64,000 bases of DNA from Eledone cirrhosa (taxonomy: Eukaryota), in NCBI GenBank assembly GCA_964016885.1, contig OZ024747.1, positions 53,196,001 to 53,260,000 of the forward strand, read 5' to 3'. The position numbers and the translations under genes were made by a program. Under the pieces are notes generated by a model. It saw only the letters and a list, made by a program, of their open reading frames with translations, was not told the origin of the DNA and made no database searches. Position 1 is the first letter of the stretch; each line of letters starts with the position of its first letter. Below are positions 35,901 through 47,900 of the stretch, in pieces.

Positions 35901-38900
35901 GTGTTGTTAGTGTTAGTGTTGTTGTTGTTGGTGTTAGTGGTGGTGTTGTTAGTGTTAGTGGTGGTGTTGTTAGTGTTACTGTTGTTTTTGTTGGTGTTAG
36001 TGGTGGTGTTGTTAGTGTTAGTGTTGTTGTTGTTGGTGTTAGTGGTGGTGTTGTTAGTGTTAGTGTTGTTGTTGTTGGTATTAGTGGTGGTGTTGTTAGT
36101 GTTAGTGGTGGTGTTGTTAGTGTTAGTGGTGGTGTTGCTAGTGTCAGTGTTGTTGTTGTTGGTGTTAGTGGTGGTGTTGTTAGTGTTAGTGTTGTTGTTG
36201 TTGTTGGTGTTAGTGGTGGTGTTGTTAGTGTTACTGTTGTTGTTGTTGGTGTTAGTGGTGGTGTTGTTAGTGTTACTGTTGTTGTTGTTGGTGTTAGTGG
36301 TGGTGTTGTTAGTGTTACTGTTGTTGTTGTTGGTGTTAGTGGTGGTGTTGTTAGTGTTACTGTTGTTGTTGTTGGTGTTAGTGGTGGTGTTGTTAGTGTT
36401 ACTGTTGTTGTTTGTGTTAGTGGTGGTGTCGTTTGTGTTAGTGTTTTTGTTAGTGGTGTTAGTTGTGGTGTTGTTAGTGTTACTGTTGTTGTTGTTGGTG
36501 TTAGTGGTGGTGTTGTTAGTGTTAGTGTTGTTGTTGTTTGTGTTAGTGGTGGTGTTGTTGGTGTTACTGTTGTTGTTGGTGGTGTTAGTGGTGGTGTTGT
36601 TAGTGTTACTGTTGTTGTTGGTGGTGTTAGTGGTGGTGTTGTTAGTGTTACTGTTGTTGGTGGTTGTGTTAGTGGTGGTGTTGTTAGTGTTACTGTTGTT
36701 GTTGGTGGTGTTAGTGGTGGTGTTGTTAGTAGTACTGTTGTTGTTGTTGGTGTTAGTGGTGGTGTTGTTAGTGTTACTGTTGTTGTTGGTGGTGTTAGTG
36801 GTGGTGTTGTTAGTGTTACTGATGTTGTTGGTGGTGTTAGTGGTGGTGTTGTTAGTGTTACTGTTGTTGTTGGTGGTGTTAGTGGTGGTATCGTTAGTGT
36901 TTCTGTTGTTGTTGGTGGTGTTTGTGGTGGTGTTGGTAGTGTTACTGTTGTTGTTGTTGGTGTTAGTGGTGGTGTTGCTAGCGTTAGTGTTGTTGTTGTT
37001 GGTGTTAGTGGTGGTGTAGTTAGTGTTACTGTTGTTGTTGATGGTGTTAGTGGTGGTATTGTTAGTGTTTCTGTTGTTGTTGGTGGTGTTTGTGGTGGTG
37101 TTGTTAGTGTTACTGTTGTTGTTGTTGGTGTTTGTGGTGGTGTTGTTAGTGTTACTGTTGTTGGTGTTGGTGTTAGTGGTGGTTTTGTTAGTGTTACTGT
37201 TGTTGGTGGTTGTGTTAGTGGTGGTGTTGTTAGTGTTAGTGTTGTTGCTATTGGTGGTAGTGGTGGAGTTGTTAGTGTTACTGTTGTTGTTGTTGGTGTT
37301 AGGGGTGGTGTTGTTAGTGTTACTGTTGGTGTTGGTGTTAGTGGTGGTGTTGTTAGTGTTACTGTTGGTGTTGGTGTTAGTGGTGGTGTTGTTAGTGTTA
37401 CTGTCGTTGTTGTTGGTGTTAGGGGTGGTGTTGTTAGTGTTAGTGTTGTTGCTATTGGTGTTAGTGGTGGTGTTGTTAGTGTTAGTGTTGTTGTTGTTGG
37501 TGTTAGTGGTGGTGTTGTTAGTGTTTCTGTTGTTGTTGTTGGTGTTAGTGGTGGTGTTGTTAGTGTTAGTGTTGTTGCTATTTGTGTTAGTGGTGGTGTT
37601 GTTAGTGTTACTGTTGTTGGTGTTGGTGTTAGTGGTGGTGTTGTTAGTGTTTCTGTTGTTGTTGTTGGTGTTAGTGGTGGTGTTGTTAGTGTTAGTGTTG
37701 TTGCTATTGGTGTTAGTGGTGGAGTTGTTAGTGTTACTGTTGTTGTTGTTGTTAGTGGTGGTGTTGTTGCTGTTGCTGTTAGTGGTGGTGTTGTAAGTGT
37801 TACTGTTGTTGTTGTTGGTGTTGTTAGTGTTAGTGGTGGGGTTGTTAGTGTTACTTTTGTTGTTGTTGTTGTTGGTGTTAATGGTGGGGTTGTTAGTGTT
37901 ACTGATGTTGTTGTTGGTGTTAGTGGTGCGGTTGATAATGTTACTGTTGTTGTTGTTGGTGTTAGTGGTGGGGTTGTTAGTGTTAGTGTTGTTGTTGTTG
38001 CTGTTAGTGGTGGTGTTGTTAGTGTTACTGTTGTTGTTGTTGGTGTTAGTGGTGGTGGTGTTGTTAGTGTTACTGTTGTTGTTGTTGATGGTGTTAGTGG
38101 TGGTGTTGTTAGTGTTACTGTTGTTGTTGTTGGTGTTAGTGGTGGTGTTGTTAGTGTTACCTTTGTTGTAGTTGTTGGTGTTAGTGGTGGTGTTGTTAGT
38201 GTTACTGTTGTTGTTGTTGGTGTTAGTGGTGGTGTTGTTAGTGTTACTGTTGTTGTTGTTGGTGTTAGTGGAGGTGTTGTTAGTGTTACTGTTGTTGCTG
38301 TTGGTGTTAGTGGTGGTGTTGTTAGTGTTAGTGGTGGTGTTGCTAGTTTTACTGTTGTTGTTGTTGGTGTTAGTGGTGGTGTTGTTAGTGTTAGTGTTGT
38401 TGTTGTTGGTGTTAGTGGAGGTGTTGTTAGTGTTACTGTTGTTGTTGTTGGGATTAGTGGTGGTGTTGATAGTGTTACTGTTGTTGTTGTTGGTGTTAGT
38501 GGTGGTGTTGTTAGTGTTTCTGTTGTTGTTGGAGGTGTTAGTGGTGGTGTTGTTAGTGTTACTGTTGTTGTTGTTTGTGTTAGTGGTGGTGTTGTTAGTG
38601 TTACTGTTGTTGGTGATAGTGGTGGTGTCGTTAGTGTTAGTGTTGTTGTTAGTGGTGTTAGTGGTGGTGTTGTTAGTGTTACTGTTGTTGTTGTTGGTGT
38701 TAGTGGTGGTGTTGTTGGTGTTACTGTTGTTGTTGGTGGTGTTAGTGGTGGTGCTGTTAGTGTTACTATTGTTGTTGGTGGTGTTAGTGGTGGTGTTGTT
38801 AGTGTTACTGTTGTTGGTGTTGGTGTTAGTGGTGGAGTTCTTAGTGTTACTGTTGTTGTTGGTGGTGTTAGTGTGGTGTTGTTAGTGTTTCTGTTGTTGT

Positions 38901-41900
38901 TGGTGGTATTAGTGGTGGTGTTGCTAGTGTTAGTGTTGTTGGTGTTAGTGGTGGAGTTGTTAGTGTTACTGTTGTTGTTGGTGGTGTTAGTGGTGGTGTA
39001 GTTAGTGTTACTGTTGTTGTTAATGGTGTTAGTGGTGGTATTGTTAGTGTTTCTGTTGTTGTTTGTGGTGTTTGTGGTGGTGTTGTTAGTGTTACTGCTG
39101 TTGGTGTTGGTGTTAGTGGTGGTGTTGTTAGTGTTACTGTTGTTGGTGGTTGTGTTAGTGGTGGTGTTGTTAGTGTTAGTGTTGTTGCTATTGGTGTTAG
39201 TGGTGGAGTTGTTAGTGTTACTGTTGTTGTTGTTGGTGTTAGGGGTGGTGTTGTTAGTGTTACTGTTGGTGTTGGTGTTAGTGGTGGTGTTGTTAGTGTT
39301 ACTGTTGGTGTTGGTGCTAGTGGTGGTGTTGTTAGTGTTACTGTCGTTGTTGTTGGTGTTAGTGGTGGTGTTGCTAGTGTTAGTGTTGTTGCTATTGGTG
39401 TTAGTGGTGGAGTTGTTAGTGTTACTGTTGGTGTTGGTGTTAGTGGTGGTGTTGTTAGTGTTACTGTTGTTGGTGTTGGTGTTAGTGGTGGTGTTGTTAG
39501 TGTTTCTGTTGTTGTTGGTGTTAGTGGTGGTGTTGTTAGTGTTAGTGTTGTTGCTATTGGTGTTAGTGGTGGAGTTGTTAGTGTTACTTTTGTTGTTGTT
39601 GTTAGTGTTACTGTTGTTGCTGTTGCTGTTAGTGGTGGTGTTGTTAGTGTTACTGTTGTTGTTGTTGTTGGTGTTGTTAGTGTTAGTGGTGGGGTTGTTA
39701 GTGTTACTTTTGTTGTTGTTGTTGTTGGTGTTAATGGTGGGGTTGTTAGTGTTACTGTTGTTGTTGTTGGTGTTAGTGGTGCGGTTGTTAGTGTTACTGT
39801 TGTTGTTGTTGGTGTTAGTGGTGGGGTTGTTAGTGTTAGTGTTGTTGTTGTTGCTGTTAGTGGTGGTGTTGTTAGTGTTACTGTTGTTGTTGGTGTTAGT
39901 GGTGGTGGTGTTGTTAGTGTTACTGTTGTTGTTGTTGGTGTTAGTGGTGGTGGTGTTAGTGTTACTGTTGTTGTTGTTGGTGTTAGTGGTGGTGTTGTTA
40001 GTGTTACTGTTGTTGTTGGTGGTGTTAGTGGTGGTGTTGTTAGTGTTTCTGTTGTTGTTGGTGATGTTAGTGGTGGTGTTGTTAGTGTTACTGTTGTTGG
40101 TGTTGGTGTTAGTGGTGGAGTTCTTATTGTTACTGTTGTTGTTGGTGGTGTTAGTGGTGGTGTTGTTAGTGTTTCTGTTTTTGTTGGTGGTATTAGTGGT
40201 GGTGTTGTTAGTGTTAGTGTTGTTGTTGTTGGTGTTAGTGGTGGAGTTGTTAGTGTTACTGTTGTTGTTGTTTGTGTTAGTGGTGGTGTTATTAGTGTTA
40301 CTGTTGTTGTTGTTGTTGGTATTAGTGGTGGTGTTGTTAGTGTTACTGTTGTTGTTGTTGGTGTTGTTAGTGTTACTGTTGTTGTTGTTGGTGTTGTTAG
40401 TGTTACTGTTGTTGTTGTTGGTGTTAGTGGTGGTGTTGTTAGTGTTTCTGTTGTTGTTGGAGGTGTTAGTGGTGGTGTTGTTAGTGTTACTGTTGTTGTT
40501 GTTGTTGGTGTTAGTGGTGGTGTTGTTAGTGTTACTGTTGTTGTTGTTGGTGTTAGTGGTGGTGTTGTTAGTGTTACTGTTGTTGTTGTTGGTGTTAGTG
40601 GTGGTGTTGTTAGTGTTACTGTTGTTGTTGTTGGTGTTAGTGGTGGTGTTGTTAGTGTTACTGTTGTTGTTGTTGGTGTTAGTGGTGGTGTTTTTAGTGT
40701 TAGTGTTGTTGTTAGTGGTGTTAGTGGTGGTGTCGTTAGTGTTAGTGTTGTTGTTAGTGGTGTTAGTGGTGGTGTTGTTAGTGTTACTGTTGTTGTTGTT
40801 GGTGTTAGTGGTGGTGTTGTTGGTGGTGTTATTGGTGGTGTTATTAGTGTTACTATTGTTGTTGGTGGTGTTACTGGTGGTGTTGTTAGTGTTTCTGTTG
40901 TTGTTGGTGTTAGTGGTGGAGTTGTTAGTGTTACTATTGTTGTTGGTGGTGTTAGTGGTGGTGTTGTTAGTGTTACTGTTGTTGTTGGTGGTGTTAGTGG
41001 TGGTGTTGTTAGTGTTTCTGTTGTTGTTGGTGATGTTAGTGGTGGTGTTGTTAGTGTTACTGTTGTTGGTGTTGGTGTTAGTGGTGGAGTTCTTAGTGTT
41101 ACTGTTGTTGTTGGTGGTGTTAGTGGTGGTGTTGTTAGTGTTTCTGTTGTTGTTGGTGGTATTAGTGGTGGTGTTGTTAGTGTTAGTGTTGTTGTTGTTG
41201 GTGTTAGTGGTGGAGTTGTTAGTGTTACTGTTGTTGTTGGTGGTGTTAGTGGTGGTGTAGTTAGTGTTACTGTTGGTGTTGGTGCTAGTGGTGGTGTTGT
41301 TAGTGTTACTGTCGTTGTTGTTGGTGTTAGGGGTGGTGTTGTTAGTGTTAGTGTTGTTGCTATTGGTGTTAGTGGTGGAGTTGTTAGTGTTACTGTTGGT
41401 GTTGGTGTTAGTGGTGGTGTTGTTAGTGTTTCTGTTGTTGTTGTTGGTGTTAGTGGTGGTGTTGTTAGTGTTACTTTTGTTGTTGTTGTTAGTGTTACTG
41501 TTGTTGCTGTTGCTGTTAGTGGTGGTGTTGTTAGTGTTACTGTTGTTGTTGTTGTTGGTGTTGTTAGTGTTAGTGGTGGGGTTGTTAGTGTTACTTTTGT
41601 TGTTGTTGTTGTTGGTGTTAATGGTGGGGTTGTTAGTGTTACTGTTGTTGTTGTTGGTGTTAGTGGTGCGGTTGTTAGTGTTACTGTTGTTGTTGTTGGT
41701 GTTAGTGGTGGGGTTGTTAGTGTTAGTGTTGTTGTTGTTGCGGTTAGTGGTGGTGTTGTTAATGTTACTGTTGTTGTTGGTGTTAGTGGTGGTGGTGTTG
41801 TTAGTGTTACTGTTGTTGTTGTTGGTGTTAGTGGTGGTGTTGTTAGTGTTACTGTTGTTGTTGGTGGTGTTAGTGGTGGTGTTGTTAGTGTTTCTGTTGT

Positions 41901-44900
41901 TGTTGGTGATGTTAGTGGTGGTGTTGTTAGTGTTACTGTTGTTGTTGGTGGTGTTAGTGGTGGTGTTGTTAGTGTTTCTGTTGTTGTTGGTGGTATTAGT
42001 GGTGGTGTTGTTAGTGTTAGTGTTGTTGTTGTTGGTGTTAGTGGTGGAGTTGTTAGTGTTACTGTTGTTGTTGTTGGTGTTAGTGGTGGTGTTATTAGTG
42101 TTACTGTTGTTGTTGTTGTTGGTATTAGTGGTGGTGTTGTTAGTGTTACTGTTGTTGTTGTTGGTGTTGTTAGTACTACTGTTGTTGTTGTTGGTGTTAG
42201 TGGTGGTGTTGTTAGTGTTTCTGTTGTTGTTGGAGGTGTTATTGGTGGTGTTGTTAGTGTTACTGTTGTTGTTGTTGTTGGTGTTAGTGGTGGTGTTGTT
42301 AGTGTTACTGTTGTTGTTGTTGGTGTTAGTGGTGGTGTTGTTAGTGTTACTGTTGTTGTTGTTGGTGTTAGTGGTGGTGTTGTTACTGTTAGTGTTGTTG
42401 CTGTTGGTGTTAGTGGTGGTGTTGTTAGTGTTACTGTTATTGTTGTTGGTGTTAGTGGTTGTGTTGTTAGTGTTACTGTTATTGTTGTTGGTGTTAGTGG
42501 TGGTGTTGTTAGTGTTACTGTTGTTGTTGTTGGTGTTAGTGGTGGTATTTTTAGTGTTACTGTTGTTGTTGTTTGTGTTAGTGGTGGTGTTGTTAGTGTT
42601 ACTGTTGTTGGTGATAGTGGTGGTGTCGTTAGTGTTAGTGTTGTTGTTAGTGGTGTTAGTGGTGGTGTTGTTAGTGTTACTGTTGTTGTCGTTGGTGTTA
42701 GTGGTGGAGTTGTTAGTGTTACTGTTGTTGTTGTTGTTGGTGTTGTTAGTGTTAGTGGTGGGGTTGTTAGTGTTACTTTTGTTGTTGTTGTTGTTGGTGT
42801 TAATGGTGGGGTTGTTAGTGTTACTGTTGTTGTTGGTGTTTGTGGTGGTGGTGTTGTTAGTGTTACTGTTGTTGTTGTTGGTGTTAGTGGTGGTGTTGTT
42901 AGTGTTACTGTTGTTGTTGTTGGTGTTAGTGGTGGTTTTGTTAGTGTTACTGTTATTGTTGGTGATGTTAGTGGTGGTGTTGTTAGTGTTACTGTTGTTG
43001 GTGTTGGTGTTAGTGGTAGTGTTGTTAGTGTTTCTGTTGTTGTTGGTGATGTTAGTGGTGGTGTTGTTAGTGTTACTGTTGTTGTTGTTGGTGTTAGTGG
43101 TAGTGTTGTTAGTGTTTCTGTTGTTGTTGGTGATGTTAGTGGTGGTGTTGTTAGTGTTACTGTTCTTGGTGTTGGTGTTAGTGGTGGAGTTCTTAGTGTT
43201 ACTGTAGTTGTTGGTGGTGTTAGTGGTGGTGTTGTTAGTGTTACTGTTGTTGTTGGTGGTGTTAGTGGTAGTGTTGTTAGTGTTTCTGTTGTTGTTGGTG
43301 ATGTTAGTGGTGGTGTTGTTAGTGTTACTGTTGTTGGTGTTGGTGTTAGTGGTGGAGTTCTTAGTGTTACTGTTGTTGTTGGTGGTGTTAGTGGTGGAGT
43401 TCTTAGTGTTACTGTTGTTGTTGTTGCTGTTAGTGGTGGTGTTGTTAGTGTTTCTGTTGTTGTTGGTGGTATTAGTGGTGGTGTTGTTAGTGTTAGTGTT
43501 GTTGTTGTTGGTGTTAGTGGTGGAGTTGTTAGTGTTACTGTTGTTGTTGGTGGTGTTAGTGGTGGTGTAGTTAGTGTTACTGTTGTTGTTGATGGTGTTA
43601 GTGGTGGTATTGTTAGTGTTTCTGTTGTTGTTGGTGGTGTTTGTGGTGGTGTTGTTAGTGTTACTGTTGTTGGTGTTGGTGTTAGTGGTGGTGTTGTTAG
43701 TGTTACTGTTGTTGGTGTTTGTGTTAGTGGTGGTGTTGTTAGTGTTAGTGTTGTTGCTATTGGTGTTAGTGGTGGAGTTGTCAGTGTTACTGTTGTTGTT
43801 GTTGGTGTTAGGGGTAGTGTTGTTAGTGTTACTGTTGGTGTTGGTGTTAGTGGTGGTGTTGTTAGTGTTACTGTCGTTGTTGTTGGTGTTAGGGGTGGTG
43901 TTGTTAGTGTTAGTGTTGTTGCTATTGGTGTTAGTGGTGGAGTTGTTAGTGTTACTGTTGGTGTTGGTGTTAGTGGTGGTGTTGTTAGTGTTACTGTTGT
44001 TGGTGTTGGTGTTAGTGGTGGTGTTGTTAGTGTTTCTGTTGTTGTTGTTGGTGTTAGTGGTGGTGTTGTTAGTGTTAGTGTTGTTGCTATTGGTGTTAGT
44101 GGTGGAGTTGTTAGTGTTACTTTTGTTGTTGTTGTTAGTGTTACTGTTGTTGCTGTTGCTGTTAGTGGTGGTGTTGTTAGTGTTACTGTTGTTGTTGTTG
44201 TTGGTGTTGTTAGTGTTAGTGGTGGGGTTGTTAGTGTTACTTTTGTTGTTGTTGTTGTTGGTGTTAATGGTGGGGTTGTTAGTGTTACTGTTGTTGTTGT
44301 TGGTGTTAGTGGTGCGGTTGTTAGTGTTACTGTTGTTGTTGTTGGTGTTAGTGGTGGGGTTGTTAGTGTTAGTGTTGTTGTTGTTGCTGTTAGTGGCGGT
44401 GTTGTTAGTGTTACTGTTGTTGTTGGTGTTAGTGGTGTTGTTAGTGTTACTGTTGTTGTTGTTGGTGTTAGTGGTGGTGTTGTTAGTGTTACTGTTGTTG
44501 TTGTTGGTGTTAGTGGTGGTGTTGTTAGTGTTACTGTTGTTGTTGTTTGTGTTAGTGGTGGTGTTGTTAGTGTTACTGTTGTTGGTGATAGTGGTGGTGT
44601 CGTTAGTGTTAGTGTTGTTGTTAGTGGTGTTAGTGGTGGTGTTGTTAGTGTTACTGTTGTTGTTGTTGGTGTTAGTGGTGGTGTTGTTGGTGTTACTGTT
44701 GTTGTTGGTGGTGTTAGTGGTGGTGTTGTTAGTGTTACTATTGTTGTTGGTGGTGTTAGTGGTGGTGTTGTTAGTGTTTCTGTTGTTGTTGTTGGTGTTA
44801 GTGGTGGAGTTGTTAGTTTTACTGTTGTTGTTGTTGGTGTTAGTGGTGGTGTTGTTAGTGTTACTGTTGTTGTTGGTGGTGTTAGTGGTGGTGTTGTTAG

Positions 44901-47900
44901 TGTTTCTGTTGTTGTTGGTGATGTTAGTGGTGGTGTTGTTAGTGTTACTGTTGTTGGTGTTGGTGTTAGTGGTGGAGTTCTTAGTGTTACTGTTGTTGTT
45001 GGTGGTGTTAGTGGTGGTGTTGTTAGTGTTTCTGTTGTTGTTGGTGGTATTAGTGGTGGTGTTGTTAGTGTTAGTGTTGTTGTTGTTGGTGTTAGTGGTG
45101 GAGTTGTTAGTGTTACTGTTGTTGTTGTTGTTGGTGTTGTTAGTGTTAGTGGTGGGGTTGTTAGTGTTACTTTTGTTGTTGTTGTTGTTGGTGTTAATGG
45201 TGGGGTTGTTAGTGTTACTGTTGTTGTTGGTGTTTGTGGTGGTGGTGTTGTTAGTGTTACTGTTGTTGTTGTTGGTGTTAGTGGTGGTGTTGTTAGTGTT
45301 ACTGTTGTTGTTGTTGGTGTTAGTGGTGGTTTTGTTAGTGTTACTGTTGTTGTTGGTTATGTTAGTGGTGGTGTTGTTAGTGTTACTGTTGTTGGTGTTG
45401 GTGTTAGTGGTAGTGTTGTTAGTGTTTCTGTTGTTGTTGGTGATGTTAGTGGTGGTGTTGTTAGTGTTACTGTTGTTGTTGTTGGTGTTAGTGGTAGTGT
45501 TGTTAGTGTTTCTGTTGTTGTTGGTGATGTTAGTGGTGGTGTTGTTAGTGTTTCTGTTGTTGTTGGAGGTGTTATTGGTGGTGTTGTTAGTGTTACTGTT
45601 GTTGTTGTTGTTGGTGTTAGTGGTGGTGTTGTTAGTGTTACTGTTGTTGTTGTTGGTGTTAGTGGTGGTGTTGTTAGTGTTACTGTTGTTGTTGTTGGTG
45701 TTAGTGGTGGTGTTGTTACTGTTAGTGTTGTTGCTGTTGGTGTTAGTGGTGGTGTTGTTAGTATTACTGTTATTGTTGTTGGTGTTAGTGGTTGTGTTGT
45801 TAGTGTTACTGTTATTGTTGTTGGTGTTAGTGGTGGTGTTGTTAGTGTTACTGTTGTTGTTGTTGGTGTTAGTGGTGGTATTTTTAGTGTTACTGTTGTT
45901 GTTTGTGTTAGTGGTGGTGTTGTTAGTGTTACTGTTGTTGGTGATAGTGGTGGTGTCGTTAGTGTTAGTGTTGTTGTTAGTGGTGTTAGTGGTGGTGTTG
46001 TTAGTGTTACTGTTGTTGTTGTTGGTGTTAGTGGTGGAGTTGTTAGTGTTACTGTTGTTGTTGTTGGTGTTGTTAGTGTTAGTGGTGGGGTTGTTAGTGT
46101 TACTTTTGTTGTTGTTGTTGTTGGTGTTAATGGTGGGGTTGTTAGTGTTACTGTTGTTGTTGGTGTTTGTGGTGGTGGTGTTGTTAGTGTTACTGTTGTT
46201 GTTGTTGGTGTTAGTGGTGGTGTTGTTAGTGTTACTGTTGTTGTTGTTGGTGTTAGTGGTGGTTTTGTTAGTGTTACTGTTATTGTTGGTGATGTTAGTG
46301 GTGGTGTTGTTAGTGTTACTGTTGTTGGTGTTGGTGTTAGTGGTAGTGTTGTTAGTGTTTCTGTTGTTGTTGGTGATGTTAGTGGTGGTGTTGTTGTGTT
46401 ACTGTTGTTGTTGTTGGTGTTAGTGGTAGTGTTGTTAGTGTTTCTGTTGTTGTTGGTGATGTTAGTGGTGGTGTTGTTAGTGTTACTGTTCTTGGTGTTG
46501 GTGTTAGTGGTGGAGTTCTTAGTGTTACTGTAGTTGTTGGTGGTGTTAGTGGTGGTGTTGTTAGTGTTACTGTTGTTGTTGGTGGTGTTAGTGGTAGTGT
46601 TGTTAGTGTTTCTGTTGTTGTTGGTGATGTTAGTGGTGGTGTTGTTAGTGTTACTGTTGTTGGTGTTGGTGTTAGTGGTGGAGTTCTTAGTGTTACTGTT
46701 GTTGTTGGTGGTGTTAGTGGTGGAGTTCTTAGTGTTACTGTTGTTGTTGTTGCTGTTAGTGGTGGTGTTGTTAGTGTTTCTGTTGTTGTTGGTGGTATTA
46801 GTGGTGGTGTTGTTAGTGTTAGTGTTGTTGGTGTTAGTGGTGGAGTTGTTAGTGTTACTGTTGTTGTTGGTGGTGTTAGTGGTGGTGTAGTTAGTGTTAC
46901 TGTTGTTGTTGATGGTGTTAGTGGTGGTATTGTTAGTGTTTCTGTTGTTGTTGGTGGTGTTTGTGGTGGTGTTGTTAGTGTTACTGTTGTTGGTGTTGGT
47001 GTTAGTGGTGGTGTTGTTAGTGTTACTGTTGTTGGTGTTTGTGTTAGTGGTGGTGTTGTTAGTGTTAGTGTTGTTGCTATTGGTGTTAGTGGTGGAGTTG
47101 TCAGTGTTACTGTTGTTGTTGTTGGTGTTAGGGGTAGTGTTGTTAGTGTTACTGTTGGTGTTGGTGTTAGTGGTGGTGTTGTTAGTGTTACTGTCGTTGT
47201 TGTTGGTGTTAGGGGTGGTGTTGTTAGTGTTAGTGTTGTTGCTATTGTTGTTAGTGGTGGAGTTGTTAGTGTTACTGTTGGTGTTGGTGTTAGTGGTGGT
47301 GTTGTTAGTGTTACTGTTGTTGGTGTTGGTGTTAGTGGTGGTGTTGTTAGTGTTTCTGTTGTTGTTGTTGGTGTTAGTGGTGGTGTTGTTAGTGTTAGTG
47401 TTGTTGCTATTGGTGTTAGTGGTGGAGTTGTTAGTGTTACTTTTGTTGTTGTTGTTAGTGTTACTGTTGTTGCTGTTGCTGTTAGTGGTGGTGTTGTTAG
47501 TGTTACTGTTGTTGTTGTTGTTGGTGTTGTTAGTGTTAGTGGTGGGGTTGTTAGTGTTACTTTTGTTGTTGTTGTTGTTGGTGTTAATGGTGGGGTTGTT
47601 AGTGTTACTGTTGTTGTTGTTGGTGTTAGTGGTGCGGTTGTTAGTGTTACTGTTGTTGTTGATGGTGTTAGTGGTGGTATTGTTAGTGTTTCTGTTGTTG
47701 TTGGTGGTGTTTGTGGTGGTGTTGTTAGTGTTACTGTTGTTGGTGTTGGTGTTAGTGGTGGTGTTGTTAGTGTTACTGTTGTTGGTGTTTGTGTTAGTGG
47801 TGGTGTTGTTAGTGTTAGTGTTGTTGCTATTGGTGTTAGTGGTGGAGTTGTCAGTGTTACTGTTGTTGTTGTTGGTGTTAGGGGTAGTGTTGTTAGTGTT

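Noticed and set aside
23849-39001. 5050-aa plus-strand Val/Gly/Ser ORF and the poly-Leu/Val ORFs
   Set aside because: Translation by-products of a GTT/GGT/AGT satellite. Stops are compositionally improbable, the start is non-ATG, and a mostly-Val protein of this size is implausible.
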